Source of the DNA: Octopus vulgaris
Taxonomy: Eukaryota
Reading direction: 5' to 3'
DNA: 64,000 nucleotides
Assembly (NCBI GenBank): GCA_951406725.2
Contig: OX597829.1
Location: 28,830,001-28,894,000, forward strand
The position numbers and the translations under genes were made by a program. A model generated the notes under the pieces. The model did not search any database, had not been told where the DNA came from, and saw only the letters and a program-made list of their open reading frames with translations. Below, in pieces: positions 40,376 to 54,310 of this stretch. How positions within the stretch are numbered: the first letter of the stretch is position 1; the number at the start of each line of letters is the position of its first letter.

Positions 40376-40658
40376 TACACACACATCATCATCATCATCA
40401 TTATAATCATCATTTAATATCCATTATCCATGCTGGCATGGATTGGATAGTTTGACCAGGGCTGGCAAATTGGAAGGCTGCACCAGGCCCCAGCCTGTTA
40501 TGGCATGGTTTCTATGGCTGGATGCCCTTCCTAACACCAACCACTCCAAGAGTGTAATGGGTGCCATTTGTGTGACATTGGTATCTGCCACGACTGCAGT
40601 TTTACTTGGCTTCATGGGTCTTCTTCTAAAGCATGGCATAATGCCAAATGGACTTGGT

Positions 40659-40719
<61 letters not shown>

Positions 40720-40720
<1 letters not shown>

Positions 40721-40933
40721 CTTTTACTCTTTTACTTGTTTCAGTCATTTGACTGTGACCATACTGGAGCACCACCTATAGTCGAGCAAATCAACCCCGA
40801 GACTTATTCTTTGTAAGCCTAGTACTTATTCTATGGGTCTCTTATGCCAAACCACTAAGTTGCGGGGACGTAAACACACCAGCATCAGTTGTCAAGTGCT
40901 GTTGAGGAGACAAACACAGATGCACAAACATAT

Positions 40934-40988
<55 letters not shown>

Positions 40989-41154
40989 TATGACGGGCTT
41001 CTTTCAGTTTCCGTCTACCAAATCCACTCACAAGGCTTTGGTCAGCCCAAGGTTATAGTAGAAGATACTTGCCCAAGGTGCCACGCAATGGGACTGAACC
41101 CGGAACCATGTGGTTCATAAGCAAGCTACTTACCTCACAGCCACTCCTGCACCT
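40720..41154 (-). mobile_element. Full-length CORE-type SINE
   Basis: Reverse complement of the family. Confidence 0.9.
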
Positions 41155-41301
41155 ATATGTGTGTATGTATAATGCATTTACATACACACACACATGCACA
41201 TAGATAATTTTTCTTTATCACTTTACTTGTTTCACTCATTAGACTGAGGTCATGCTGGGGCACTGCCTGAAGAATGTTTAGTTGAATGAAATGGCCCCAG
41301 T

Positions 41302-42179
41302 ACTTTTTATTTCTTTGAGCATGATATTTATTCTGTCAGTCTCATTTTCTAAACCACTAAGTTACAGGGATGTAAGCACACCAACATCAATTGTCAAATA
41401 GTGGTGAGGAACACAGACACACAGACACACACACAGAGCATTGGGCCTCATGGCGGCAGTGACATCAAGCCAGGTGAGATCATAGTTGTGACTGATGCCA
41501 GTGCTGCGTAACTAGCCCATTGAAAGCACCCTTCAATCATTAGGCAATATGCTGTGCTTGTGAAGACCTTTCGAACTGAGAGAAATCATAGTCGTTGCAA
41601 ATGACAATGCCATCTGACTGGCATGTAAAAGACACCATTTGAGTATTGGGCCTCATGGAGGCAGTGACAGGAGACCAAGACCTTGTGTAGATCTGTCAAG
41701 CCAAGTGTGACCACAGTTGTGACCAATCCTGGTATCAGACACTTTTTATTTCTTTGAGCATGATATTTATTCTGTCAGTCTCATTTTCTAAACCACTAAG
41801 TTACAGGGATGTAAGCACACCAACATCAATTGTCAAATAGTGGTGAGGAACACAGACACACAGACACACACACAGAGCATTGGGCCTCATGGCGGCAGTG
41901 ACATCAAGCCAGGTGAGATCATAGTTGTGACTGATGCCAGTGCTGCGTAACTAGCCCATTGAAAGCACCCTTCAATCATTAGGCAATATGCTGTGCTTGT
42001 GAAGACCTTTCGAACTGAGAGAAATCATAGTCGTTGCAAATGACAATGCCATCTGACTGGCATGTAAAAGACACCATTTGAGTATTGGGCCTCATGGAGG
42101 CAGTGACAGGAGACCAAGACCTTGTGTAGATCTGTCAAGCCAAGTGTGACCACAGTTGTGACCAATCCTGGTATCAGAC
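41302..42179. repeat. Tandem duplication, 2 x 439 bp
   Basis: 41302-41740 repeated at 41741-42179; no differences seen by eye. Confidence 0.92.
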
Positions 42180-42499
42180 CATTGGCACCCATGCTGGTAA
42201 CATGTAAAAAAACACCCACTACACTCTCAGATTGGTTGGCATCAGGAAGGGCATCCATCCACCGAAACCTTGCCAAATCAGATCAGAACCTGGTGTAGCC
42301 TCCTGGCTTCTCAGTTTTCAGGCCAACCCATGCCAGCATGGAAAATGGACATTAAATCTACTCTCAAGGCTTTGCTTGAACCAAGGGTATAGTAGAAGAT
42401 ACTTGCTCAAGGTGCCGCACAATGGGACTGAATCCAGAACCATATGTCTGAGAAGCAAGCTTTTTTACCACACTACCATGCCTGCACCTATATATATAG

Positions 42500-43288
42500 G
42501 TTCTTGGCAAAATCTCTGAAAGATAACTGGGTTTTCATCGATTTGCGATGAAATATCTTCCATTTTCATGGATGTTAACACCAATGACTTTCTGAGAGTC
42601 GTTTTTAATTCTTTAGCATTCAGATTCCTCTGTCAAATGTAATGCTTATTTATTCACATTGTATTGAATTAATCATACGTTATCTCATAGATTCAAGGTT
42701 TCAATGATGTATCGTTTACTTTCAGAATTACATTGTAGGATAAATGTGAGAGGCCACATCTGGCTGGTTAGAACATAAAAGAGTATTTGGGCTGGATATG
42801 GCCAGTTTAAATGCTAAAAGATTAATGTACTTCCAAAAATCACCCTGAAACCTCATCATGCCATCTTTATTTATCTTTCCAGCTCCACACTAATTACTCC
42901 TCTCCACACTTGTATTATATTAGCAACCATGTCTCACCTCAACAGCATGAAACATGTTCTTGCCCATTTCTTTCATTAACCACTTATCCTCTACCTAGTA
43001 TGAAGCTGTCTCATTCCCTACTATAGGAACACTCAATCGAAAAGGATCTTTGTTTTGTGAACAACATGGTGATCTCACTAGTGCTGGTGCCATGAAAAAA
43101 AGCACTCAGTACATGTTATACACTGACTGGCATTAGGAAGAGCATCCAATCATAGAAGTCATACCAATGCACACTCTGAAGCATGTTGCAGTTAGATCCT
43201 GTTAAACCATCCAACCCATGATGAATATATATATATATTCTTTTACTTGTTTCCATCATTTAACTGTGGCTATGATGGAACACCACCA

Positions 43289-43355
<67 letters not shown>

Positions 43356-43369
43356 GCAACATACATACA

Positions 43370-43404
<35 letters not shown>

Positions 43405-43432
43405 CAAGTATACATACATACATATATATGCC

Positions 43433-43465
<33 letters not shown>

Positions 43466-43648
43466 TAACGTATGATTAATTCAATACAATGTGAATAAAT
43501 AAGCATTACATTTGACAGAGGAATCTGAATGCTAAAGAATCAAAAACGACTCTCAGAAAGTCATTGGTGTTAACATCCATGAAAATGGAAGATATTTCAT
43601 CGCAAATCGATGAAAACCCAGTTATCTTTCAGAGATTTTGCCAAGAAC
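42500..43648. repeat. 187-bp inverted repeat (42500-42686 / 43462-43648) around a 775-bp spacer
   Basis: Arms are reverse complements, with one mismatch seen. Confidence 0.92.
42605..42825. mobile_element. TTAA-flanked MITE (piggyBac-like)
   Basis: ttaattctttagcatt...aatgctaaaagattaa. Confidence 0.75.
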
Positions 43649-44599
43649 AAAAACGTCTACAGCCCCAGCTACAGCAGCTCCAGCAACTCAAGTAACAGCA
43701 GCAGCACTAGCAACAGAACAGCAGGAACAACAAAAACCAAAAACAATGTTGAAGTTATAAATACTTTAGCCAAGTATTTATTAGTGCATGCAGGGAATAT
43801 TCAGTGGTGGTCGTGGCTTTAACATAAAAAGAGCAGAAACAAAGGGAAGTATTTATAATAAAAAAAAACTAAAAAAAAAACCCAAAAAGCAGAAAAATGA
43901 AAAAAGAACTGGATTAATTAAAATGATATTAAATGTCAAATGTTGGGATGATATGTTTGAAACAAACATTCTTTCTTCTTAACTTCATTTCAATTTCTTG
44001 GGAAATATATTGTATTATCTTGTTTGCTGTTGAGAGCTCAACAAAACAGAAACATCTCTTGAGTTGTCTCCCCTATCATTGTTAAGTTTACCTTAGTCAC
44101 TTTGCATTAACAAATGTTTGGACTAGTTGCCTGTCTATAGCTGATATGCCTCATATTCAGCTGGAATGAAGTAACGTGGAAAGTTAAGTGCCCTGTCCAG
44201 GAATCAGACTCATTATGTGATAATTGTGGGTCCAGCAGCCTAACTTTAAACACTAGACTGCATGCTTTCAATGTCTCATCCCTACTTGTGAAAGAAATCA
44301 TAATCCAGGGTTCAGCTCCACTGTGTGGCACCTTAGGCTATCGTAGCTTTGGGTTGACCAATGTCTTGTAAGCGAATTTGGTAGCAGGAAACTGAATGAA
44401 ATTCAGTCATGTGTGTGTATGTGTATTTAAGTCATGCTATATGGATTCAACTAATCCAGTTGTACTCATAAAAAAGGCTCTTTAATGTATCATTCTACAG
44501 AACATAGAGAATATACAGTACAATACAAAAGAAAATGATATGTGTGTGTATATATGTACAAGATTTCTTTGAATGAACAGCACTTGGAATTAATGTTGG

Positions 44600-45400
44600 G
44601 AAGCAACACTTCTCTCTCAACCTTCAGTAATCTTTTCAAGTAAAACTTGAAAAAGTTGATGAGGGCTTGGTTAAAGAGAAAAGTTACTGTCTTTTGTCCT
44701 CTCATTCTGTTTCACCATACAACCATTTTCACTAAGGCCACTAAACAAATAAACACTGCCTGCACTTCCTGGCCAAAGGAAGGCAGTGGAACTATCTTCA
44801 TAATGGATTCAGCCAATAGCCAGATCTATCCTACATGTGACAGCAGGTGTCTGACATAAAAATCAGCAACGTTTGGGCACTGGATGAGAGTATGCAGAAT
44901 AGTTCTGTTGCTCTGCTTGCATTTTGGGCAAGCCTGCCTGACAACACTTAACACTGTCAGGTGAAGGATTTCTGGAAATTATCCATAGGCTCCGAAAGTC
45001 CTCTGCAACAAACTGGCCAGCTGATTCTTACTGATGCCCAAGTCTACCCTAGAATAGTGTCACACTAGCCCACTAAACTGACCAGGGCCTCACACATGGA
45101 AGGTTCTTCCCCCACTGTATGTATGGTGTATCATATGAGGTAGAAGTTGTCATGGATGGATATGCTTGGGATGGCACATGTTTGCATATTACCAATCAGT
45201 TGGTAATATGTACTAACTTATTTGCTAGCACCTTGGCCAAAATTTTGAAATCTGCATTCAGTAACATTATGAGCCTAAAATTTTTTGCTTTGTCCCCTTT
45301 ATTTGGGTCTTTTCATAGCAGTGTTACTGCTCCTTAACTCACAATATTAGGAACTCTCTTGTTCTGCTGATAGTTATGGTAGATATCTTCTAAGAGACCT
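44600..45400 (-). mobile_element. Tx1/L1-clade RT fragment
   Basis: KGDKAKNFRLIMLLNADFKILAKVLANKL on the minus strand. Confidence 0.75.
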
Positions 45401-47230
45401 GACCAAATATGTCAGGCATATAGAAAGTTAAAGATCAGAGGGCAAGACCATCCAAACCAGGCAATCACTGCACCACCCATCATTGCATCCTGTATTTCCA
45501 CTGCTGTTATCACCTGTTGCAGGTAATCACCACTACCACCACACCACCACCACCACCGCCGCCACCACCTCCGCCACCGCCGCTGCCGCCGCCACCACCA
45601 GCAGCCACCACCACCACCGCCGCCGCCGCCGCCGCCACCACCACCACCAGCAGCCACCACCACCACCACCACCACCACCACCACCACCACTTCCGCCGCC
45701 GCCACCACCACCACTACCACCACCTGCCACATTTTCGATCTCTGATAACAATGCATAATTGAGAGATGCTGCTGTTACTGCTGCTGCTGCTGCAGCTGTT
45801 GGCTGTTGTTGTTGTAGCTGCAGTGTTAAACACTTGTTAAGTTTAAAGATTGTTAAACATGTTTTTGCTTATTTTTTTTATTTTTTTTTATTTTAAAATG
45901 CCTAAAATGTTCAACTAAGTTTAACAATGTTCAAAGATGTTTAATAATTAGACATTATTTGAAATTTAGAAAAAAAATTATTGCTCTTTTTTTTTTAATT
46001 ACTTTCTTTTTAATTACTGATGTTTCCTCTTGATGAACCCCTGTCCCTGCACCCCACCCTACCCCCACTCCACCCGTATCAGGAATTTCATGAGAAATAC
46101 AAATAAGTAGATGGTATTTATGTTGGTGTTAACATAATTAATGCAGAGAACATCATTAAAAAAAAAAGAAAGAAAGAAAGAAAGAAAGAAAAAAGCTAAT
46201 TAGAAATAATTATGTTGGGAGGAAAAAAAAAAGGAAGAGGAAAATGAGAAAGGAAAAAAGTGTTTTAGACAATCGCAAATATTAATACCAGTGAGATGAC
46301 GCTTTACCTTTCATCTACAAAATCCACTCTCACTGCCACCCGTCTTACAAAAGAACAAGCAAAAACAATAACAACAACTATTATTACTACAAAAGTGGAG
46401 ATGGTGGTAGTGGTGGTGGTGGTGGTGGCGGTGATAGCAGTGGTGATTGTGATGCTGGCAGTTGCTTTGGCAGAGGTGGTGGCAGCAGAGGAGGCAGTGG
46501 AGGAGGTGGAGGAGGCATTAGAGAAGGCAGCGTCGGTAGTGGGTATAAAGTGGTTGTAGTGGTGGTGGTGGTGGTGGTGGTGGGAATGAATGTACTGGTG
46601 GGGACAATGCTGGTGACGGGAGTAATGGTGGTGCTGTCATTGCTGGTGGTGGTGATGATGATGATGATGATGGTAGTGGTGATGGTGCTGGTGGTTTTTG
46701 GATGCGGTTTGGAGTGGTGGTAATGGTTGTGATGGTGAGGGCAATGATGAAGGTGAAAGTGGTGGTGGTTGAGGCAATGGTGTTGGTGGTGGTTGTTACT
46801 GTTGGTAGTGGTTGTTACTGTTGGTGGTGGTGGTGGTGGTGGTGGCAGTGGTGGTGGTGGCAGTGGTGTTGGTGTTCAGACAGACATCTTTGAGTGGAGA
46901 ACTGCATATTCTGTGTTATAACAACCACACCATAACAATGGCAATGATAAAGATGACAATGGCTACTACTATAATCACCACTACCACTGCCACCACCATC
47001 ACCATCACCTCCATCACCACCACCATCATCAGTAAGAATAGCACTACCACCATCACCCCCTCCATCATCATCATCAAATGCACTACCACCACTACTGCCA
47101 CTACTATCATCATCATCATCATCATCATCATCATCGCCACCCTCACCACCACCATTATCTTCATTATCACTATCATCATCTTTATAATCACTGTCATCAT
47201 CGTAATCATCATTAATTTGGTACTGATCAG

Positions 47231-47815
47231 CTGGTAATGTAACCTGTGATAGACTAGTGCCCTATCCTGGTGAAGATTTATCTCTCATACCGTTGTATTT
47301 CTGTACACAACACTATATTCTTCATTGCCACATCTGGTAATGTGACCTGTTATAGACAGGTGTCCTATCCTGGTGAAGATTTATCTCTCATCCCCTGTTG
47401 TATTTCTGTACACAACACTATATTCTTCATTGCCACATCTGGTAATGTGACCGGTGATAGACAGGTGTCCTATCCTGGTGAAGATTTATCTCTCATCCCC
47501 TGTTGTATTTCTGTACACAACACTATATTCTTCATTGCCACATCTGGTAATGTGACCGGTGATAGACAGGTGTCCTATCCTGGTGAAGATTTATCTCTCA
47601 TCCCCTGTTGTATTTCTGTACACAACACTATATTCTTCATTGCCACATCTGGTAATGTGACCGGTGATAGACAGGTGTCCTATCCTGGTGAAGATTTATC
47701 TCTCATCCCCTGTTGTATTTCTGTACACAACACTATATTCTTCATTTCAACATCTGGTAATCTTGCCTGTGATAGACTAGTGTCCTATCCTAGTGAAGAC
47801 TTATCTCTGATCTGT
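47231..47815. repeat. 105-bp minisatellite, about 5.5 copies
   Basis: ctggtaat recurs at 47231, 47334, 47439, 47544, 47649 and 47754; central units are near-identical. Confidence 0.95.
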
Positions 47816-49754
47816 TTCATATCATAAAGCAAGAACTAAAGTACCATATCCAGTTATTGCTCTCACTATTGTTATTGTTGATCTCCAGATAAACTATGAT
47901 CCCAAAAGACTGTTATCAAAATCATGCCAGTTGTGGCCATTCCCGTAGGTTTTTTTTAAGGTTCATTGTTACATTGTACAATGTGTTCTTCTATTTTTCT
48001 TTCATTATGACTGAAAGAAACTGTGTGATATGAAAATATTTGGCTTCTATCTCTAGCATCAAACGTCCACATGGAGTCTTTGTCACTGACTTTATGAAAC
48101 CAAGTAGTTGAGAGGTAAATGCCAATATGAAATCTATAAGTAGGAATTACATATTAATAAATGCTGCCAATTTAGATTTTGGAATTCTTCAATATATTCC
48201 CAAAATAATAAAAGCTTATATTGATATTATAATAATTACTGTGATTTTTCTAGTCCAATGGGCAAAGAAACAAAACAAAACAAAACAACAACAACAACAA
48301 CAACAACAATAACTACAACAAAAATATAATTTTTTTATATTTAGTGTAATCTAAAAAGGAAACAAGAATTTCACGGTCAGTTAAGAGCATAATTGATATT
48401 TTATTTTATTTTTTCTTTGCTTTCTTTTGTTATTTATTAATTAATAAATTTCTTGAAGAATTCTGGAAAATTTATTTGTAAAGCAAGAATATTTTTCTTA
48501 GTTTGCAATAGGTTTGTTTATTTACGTATTTATATTTATATTTATTTGTTTAAATATTTATTTATTTATTTATAATTGTGGGTTGGATGGGAAGTCAGTG
48601 GAAACGTTTGGAATTTCTAAATTTTTAATTTTGTTTACTTGTTTTCTTTTTTTATTTGGTGGTGGTGGTGGTGGGGTAGTGGTGGTGGTGGTGGTGGTGG
48701 TGGTGGTGGTGGTGGTGGTGGTGGTGGTAGGTTACTGTTAACATCCCCACCCCACTGCTGTTTCTTTCTAATTCTGTCATCAAACTCACCATTACTCCAC
48801 CACCACCACCACCACCACCACCACCACTGCTGTTGCTGCTGCTGCTGCCACCTCCTCCACCACCAACACCCCCACCATCATCACAGCCATTTCCATCATC
48901 TTCATGACCACCACCATCATTATATTCATCATCATCTTCACCACCATAACCACCACTGCATCATCATCATCATCATCATTGTCATCATTATCATCTTTGT
49001 CACTAGCACAACACCCACCACCACCACCACCAGCAACAACAACAACAATAACAATCAGTGTCACCACATCAAAATATTCACCTTCAAAATAATGGCAAAA
49101 TTTTCAAAGATAAATTCCTCCGATGATGTGATGATGGTTACATATGGTCTAGCATTCATTTAAATGTATTACCAAAATCTATGCAAAGACGGAAATGATT
49201 CAGATATCAATTATGTTCTTTCCCTTGTTGCATTTTGTCTGCAGTAAATTTGCTCTGTGTACATTTTATAGCCTATACATTTTATACCCTATGCATTTTA
49301 TAGTGTATTTTTATAGCCTATACATTTTATACCCTATATATTTTATAGCCTATACATTTTATAGCCTATAGCATCTAATGCAACTGAGTATGCTTGAGTT
49401 TGTGTGTCCATGTGTGTATGTATGCATACATATGTGTATGCATGTATGTATGTATGTATGTATGTATGTATGCATGTGCGCACGCGTGTGTGTGTGTGAG
49501 TGTTCTCATACTCATTTTAATTTAGAGAAAATTTTGATCAGCCACCTACTTGATAGCAAGACTGTGAAGGAAAGTATCTTGTTTTAAACAATCATCCTTT
49601 AAATCTTGGTGGTCCAAATCGGATGTGCAATCTCTGTGGGTGTCTTTTCAAAACACTGTCTGCTTTAAAAAGCCACATCAGACGCCATGATGGTTCTAAG
49701 GTGTAGGTACAGGAGGTGGTCAGACTCTACATAAGGAGTGAGACAACCACCATA

Positions 49755-49838
49755 TATGTATGTATGTTATGTATGTATGTTATGTATGTATGTATGTATG
49801 TATGTATGTATGTATGTATGTATGTATGTATGTATGTA

Positions 49839-49876
<38 letters not shown>

Positions 49877-50460
49877 ATGTTATGTATGTATGTATGTATG
49901 TATGTATGTATGAATGTATGTTATGTATGTTATGTATGTATGTATGTATGTATGTTTGTATGTATGCATGTATGTATGTATGTATGTTATGTATGTTATT
50001 ATGTATGTATGTAAGTATGTTTGTATGTATGCATGTATGTATGTATGCATGTATGTTATGTATGTTATGTATGTATGTATGTATGTATGTTATGTATGTT
50101 ATGTATGTATGTATGTATGTTTGTATGTATGCATGTATGTATGTATACATGTATGTTATGTATGTTATGTATGTATGTATGTATGTATGTTATGTATGTA
50201 TGTATGTTTGTATGTATGCATGTATGTTATGTATGTATGTATGTGTGTATGTTATGCATGTATGTATGTATGTTATGTATGTTATGTATGTTATGTATGT
50301 ATGTATGTATGTATGTATGTTATGTATGTTATGTATGTATGTATGTATGTTTGTATGTATGCATGTATGTATGTATGCATGTATGTTATGTATGTATGTA
50401 TGTGTGTATGTTATGCATGTATGTATGTTATGTATGTACGTATGTTATGTATGTATGTAA
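49755..50460. repeat. Complex (TATG)n/(TATGT) satellite
   Basis: Read directly; explains the long MYVC ORFs. Confidence 0.95.
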
Positions 50461-50971
50461 AGTTAATCCAAATAAGAAAACACAAAAAAAACACAACAAC
50501 GCGAGGATGTGGAACAAATAAAGTATTATTGGACGCTCAGGAAAGAAGGGAAGAAATGTATGTATGTATGTATGTATGTATGTATGTATGTATGTATGTA
50601 TGTATGTATGTATGTATGTATGTATGTATGTATGTATGTATGCATGCATGTATGTACATGTGTGTTCATATGTATGTATGTATGTATGTTATATATGTAA
50701 TTATTAAATTATATTAATTTTCAATATGCATGTATGTTATATATGTAATTATTAAATTATCTAAATTTTCAATAAATATTGTCATATTGCAGATAGTCAT
50801 AAATACTGAAGCAGGTTCATGCAGTTGTAATGACAGTTGTAATAACTCCAAATAGTCATAACTATTGATAATTGCTGTTATAAGCACAGGTAGTCATAGT
50901 AACCCAAAGTCATCCTAAACGCTGTTGTAACCTCTTCTGTACTACTCAGTGTATTGAGTAGCAAGTTTCTT

Positions 50972-51197
50972 ATTTCTTTATTGCCCACAAGGGGCTAAAC
51001 ATAGAGGGGACAAACTAGGACAGACAAATGGATTAAGTCGATTACATCGACCCCAGTGCGTAACTGGTACTTAATTTATCGACCCCAAAAGGATGAAATG
51101 CAAAGTTGACCTCGGCGGAACTTGAACTCAGAAAGCAACGGCGGATGAAATACCACGAAGCATTTCACCCAGCATGCTAATGTTTCTGCCAGCTCAC
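50972..51197 (-). mobile_element. Full-length Meta-like tRNA SINE with 12-bp TSD
   Basis: agcaagtttctt at 50960-50971 and 51198-51209. Confidence 0.88.
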
Positions 51198-52009
51198 AGC
51201 AAGTTTCTTCCACCAGGTTCAATCAACTGCTATTCTTATACATCAATTCCACATAATGTTGACTTGTCTCTGGGTCATGCTGAAATGTCCACAGCTGAGG
51301 GGTCTTCAGCCAGACCAGTTGATGCCTGCCCTAGCTGGAACCCAGAATCATGGCTGTTTCCGAGTGCTTTGATTCCTGTTATGTAGCCATAAATACAGTT
51401 ATAACCTTGGGTAAAATTAATGCAATTAAACACTTTTTATAATTTCAGTTTTTTTTATTATTCATTACTTTTAATATTTAACTTTTATTTAAAATTAAAG
51501 AAAATGAATTTTAAATGATTGATCTTGCATTTTCATAAAATTCTCTCCGTTTTCTCCATTCTTTGCAGCTTTTTAACACACTGAGAATCATTGCCCTCCA
51601 GGAAGTTTTCTGTATGTGTGTGTTATGTTTGCGCGTGGAAAACTATTGGGTTGTGCATATCTGCCATTATATCTATGTATATAGACACACATCTGCAGCT
51701 CCACCCCTCAACTCACACATATGTACATACATCTTTTATCTTTTATCTTTAACCTGCTTCAGTCATTAAACTCTGGCCACGCTGGGGCACCACCTTGAGT
51801 TTTTAGTCAAATGAATCAACCCCAGTACTTATTTTTTAAGTCTAGAACTTCTTCTATTGGTTTCTGTTGCCAAACCACAAGGTTAAGGGGATGTAAACAC
51901 ACCAACACCAGTTGTCAAGTGGTGATGTAGGGGGGGACAAACACAGACACAAAGACACACACACATATATACACATACATACACACACACACGCACACCC
52001 GCACGCACG

Positions 52010-52048
<39 letters not shown>

Positions 52049-52434
52049 ACATATATAACAAAAGAGAGGGTGGTGTTTCCACGTAGGAAAAAATATAGAG
52101 AAAATGTGTTGTTGAAAATGCACCTAAATTTCAAAAACTCGTAAAACACACACTCGTGTGTGTGTGTATGTGTGTGTGTGTGCATATGTGTGTGTATGTG
52201 TGTGTGTCAGTATTTGTCCCCCCAACATTGCTTGACAACCAATGCTGGTGTGTTTACATTCCTGTAACGTAGCAGTTTGGCAAAAAAAAAAATGATTGAA
52301 TAAGTACTAGGCTTACAAAGAATAAGTCCTGGGGTTGACTTGCTCGACTAAAGGCAGTGCTCCAGCATGGCCACAGTCAAATAATGACTGAAACAAGTAA
52401 AAATATATATATATATATATATATTTATGTATGT

Positions 52435-52890
52435 ATGCTGAACTATTGAGAAATCTACAGTTACTCTACATAGATTACAAGTTCAGATTTATACTTGTGA
52501 TTATTGGGGTACTGGGATATGGTACACTTTGCCTAAGCACCAATCTTGAGAAATTAGGCTTCTCGAAACCAGAAAGGAGAAAGCTGATTTGATGACTACA
52601 GATCCAAGTCATCAGTGGAACTGTTAAAATTTGTAAAACTTTCCAGAAATTAATCATTTTAGTATGTATGCATATATCTAGACATGAAACTTTACACATG
52701 AAAATACATGCATAAAACAAAACATACAAATCTGCACATGTACTGACTCCAAATACTGTACATATACACATATACATACTAAAATATCTCGTTGATGTTG
52801 TTGAAATTCCAATGAAGGACCCTTGGATTAAGGTTAGACACTAGCTCTTTCTCTATTGGCAAGAAATCTTGAAATAAAACTGAGTAATAA
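52435..52890 (+). mobile_element. 3' end of the R4/Dong-like element
   Basis: YAELLRNLQLLY...IIGVLG...NLEKLGFSKPERRK; overlaps in sequence with both 24280-24358 and 26637-26955. Confidence 0.88.
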
Positions 52891-53582
52891 CTTACAAACA
52901 TACTTAAAACAGCAAAATTTTTCCCCTAAGTTCTTCATTATTTTCAAAGTTAATTGAAAGAAAGGCATTGTATTACACAGAAATACAGTAATAAAGGGAT
53001 TAATGTTAAGGGAAGAAAGGCTTTAAATAGCATTCATGAAAACTCCTCTCAAAGAATTAAGGGGACAGAACACTGAAATTCTAATTGAATGGAAATTAAA
53101 TGGAGATAGATGTGCAGGTGAGAGTTTGATCTTTGGTAGCAATAGAGATAATTCCAGATACATTTCTACCTCATTAGACCTCTTCAGTAAAGAATTGTAA
53201 GCATGCAATGCGTAACTACAGGGATCACAGAATGACCTAAAACATATATTACTTTTGTATGTGTATGTGAAAATAACTTACTGATTAGCTAATTAAAAAT
53301 AATGACATTGCAAGAATAAAATTTTTATTTATTTATTTTTGCCATGAGTATTTATTTGAGAATGATGAAATTATTCTAATTTCTGGTGGGAATGGCATTA
53401 ATTACACAACCGTTGTGAGTGAGTAACTATGCTATCTAATGCTTGCAATACAGACATGGTGACATAGTGCTTTAAATTTGGTTTGCAGTTATCTCCTTGT
53501 CTGTATACTATAAACTCAACATTATTATAGATTATCACATCATTCATTTGAAACTGTCTAAATACTCTCTCTCTCTCTCTCT

Positions 53583-53622
<40 letters not shown>

Positions 53623-53893
53623 TTCTCCTTTTTTCTCTCCTTCACTCTCATGTTTTTTCCTCTCTCACGCCTTCTCTTTGAGTTCATACATTACAGTAAA
53701 TACAAGAGGCACAGATGTGATTGTATGGTTAAGAAATTTGTTTTCCAACCTCATGGTCTTCGGTTCAGTCTCAAAATGCAGCACCTTTGACAAATGTCTT
53801 CTAATATAGCCTCAGGCCAGCCAAAGCCATGTGAGTGAATTTGATAGATGGTGACTATATATATAATATATAATATATATTTATATATATATG

Positions 53894-53927
<34 letters not shown>

Positions 53928-54010
53928 TGTATGTATGTATGTATGTATGTATTTATGTATGTATAAGTATATACATACATGTACATATGTGTGTGTGTGT
54001 GTGCGCGTGT

Positions 54011-54310
54011 GGAGGCACATGACCTAGTGATTAGAGCAGTGGACTCGCGGTCGAGGGATCGCGGGTTCGAATCTCAGACCAGGCAATGTGTGTGTACATG
54101 AACGAAACACCTAGGCTCCACATGGCTCCGGCAGAAGGTAATGGCGAACTTCTGCTGACTCTTTCACCACAACTTTCTCTCACTCTTTCCTCCTGCATCT
54201 TGCAGCTCATCTGTGACAGATCAGCATCCCATCCAGGTGAGGAACCTATATACCAAAGAAACCGGGAAACCGGCCCTAAGAGCCAGGCATGGCTCAAGAA
54301 GGAACAAACA

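Noticed and set aside
47224-47240. Match to miR-283/216-like AUCAGCUGGUAAU
   Set aside because: It is the first unit of the minisatellite, with no seed-aligned hairpin.
47231-47815. CRISPR-like regular array
   Set aside because: Whole units repeat with no unique spacers; eukaryotic context and no cas genes.
49716-50717. Long ORFs (up to 267 aa) of MYVC/HTYI repeats, and similar ORFs across the window
   Set aside because: Translations of (TATG)n, (TA)n and (CA)n microsatellites.
54011-54085. tRNA genes at SINE heads (also 7731, 15040, 57178)
   Set aside because: Incomplete cloverleaves that continue into SINE bodies.
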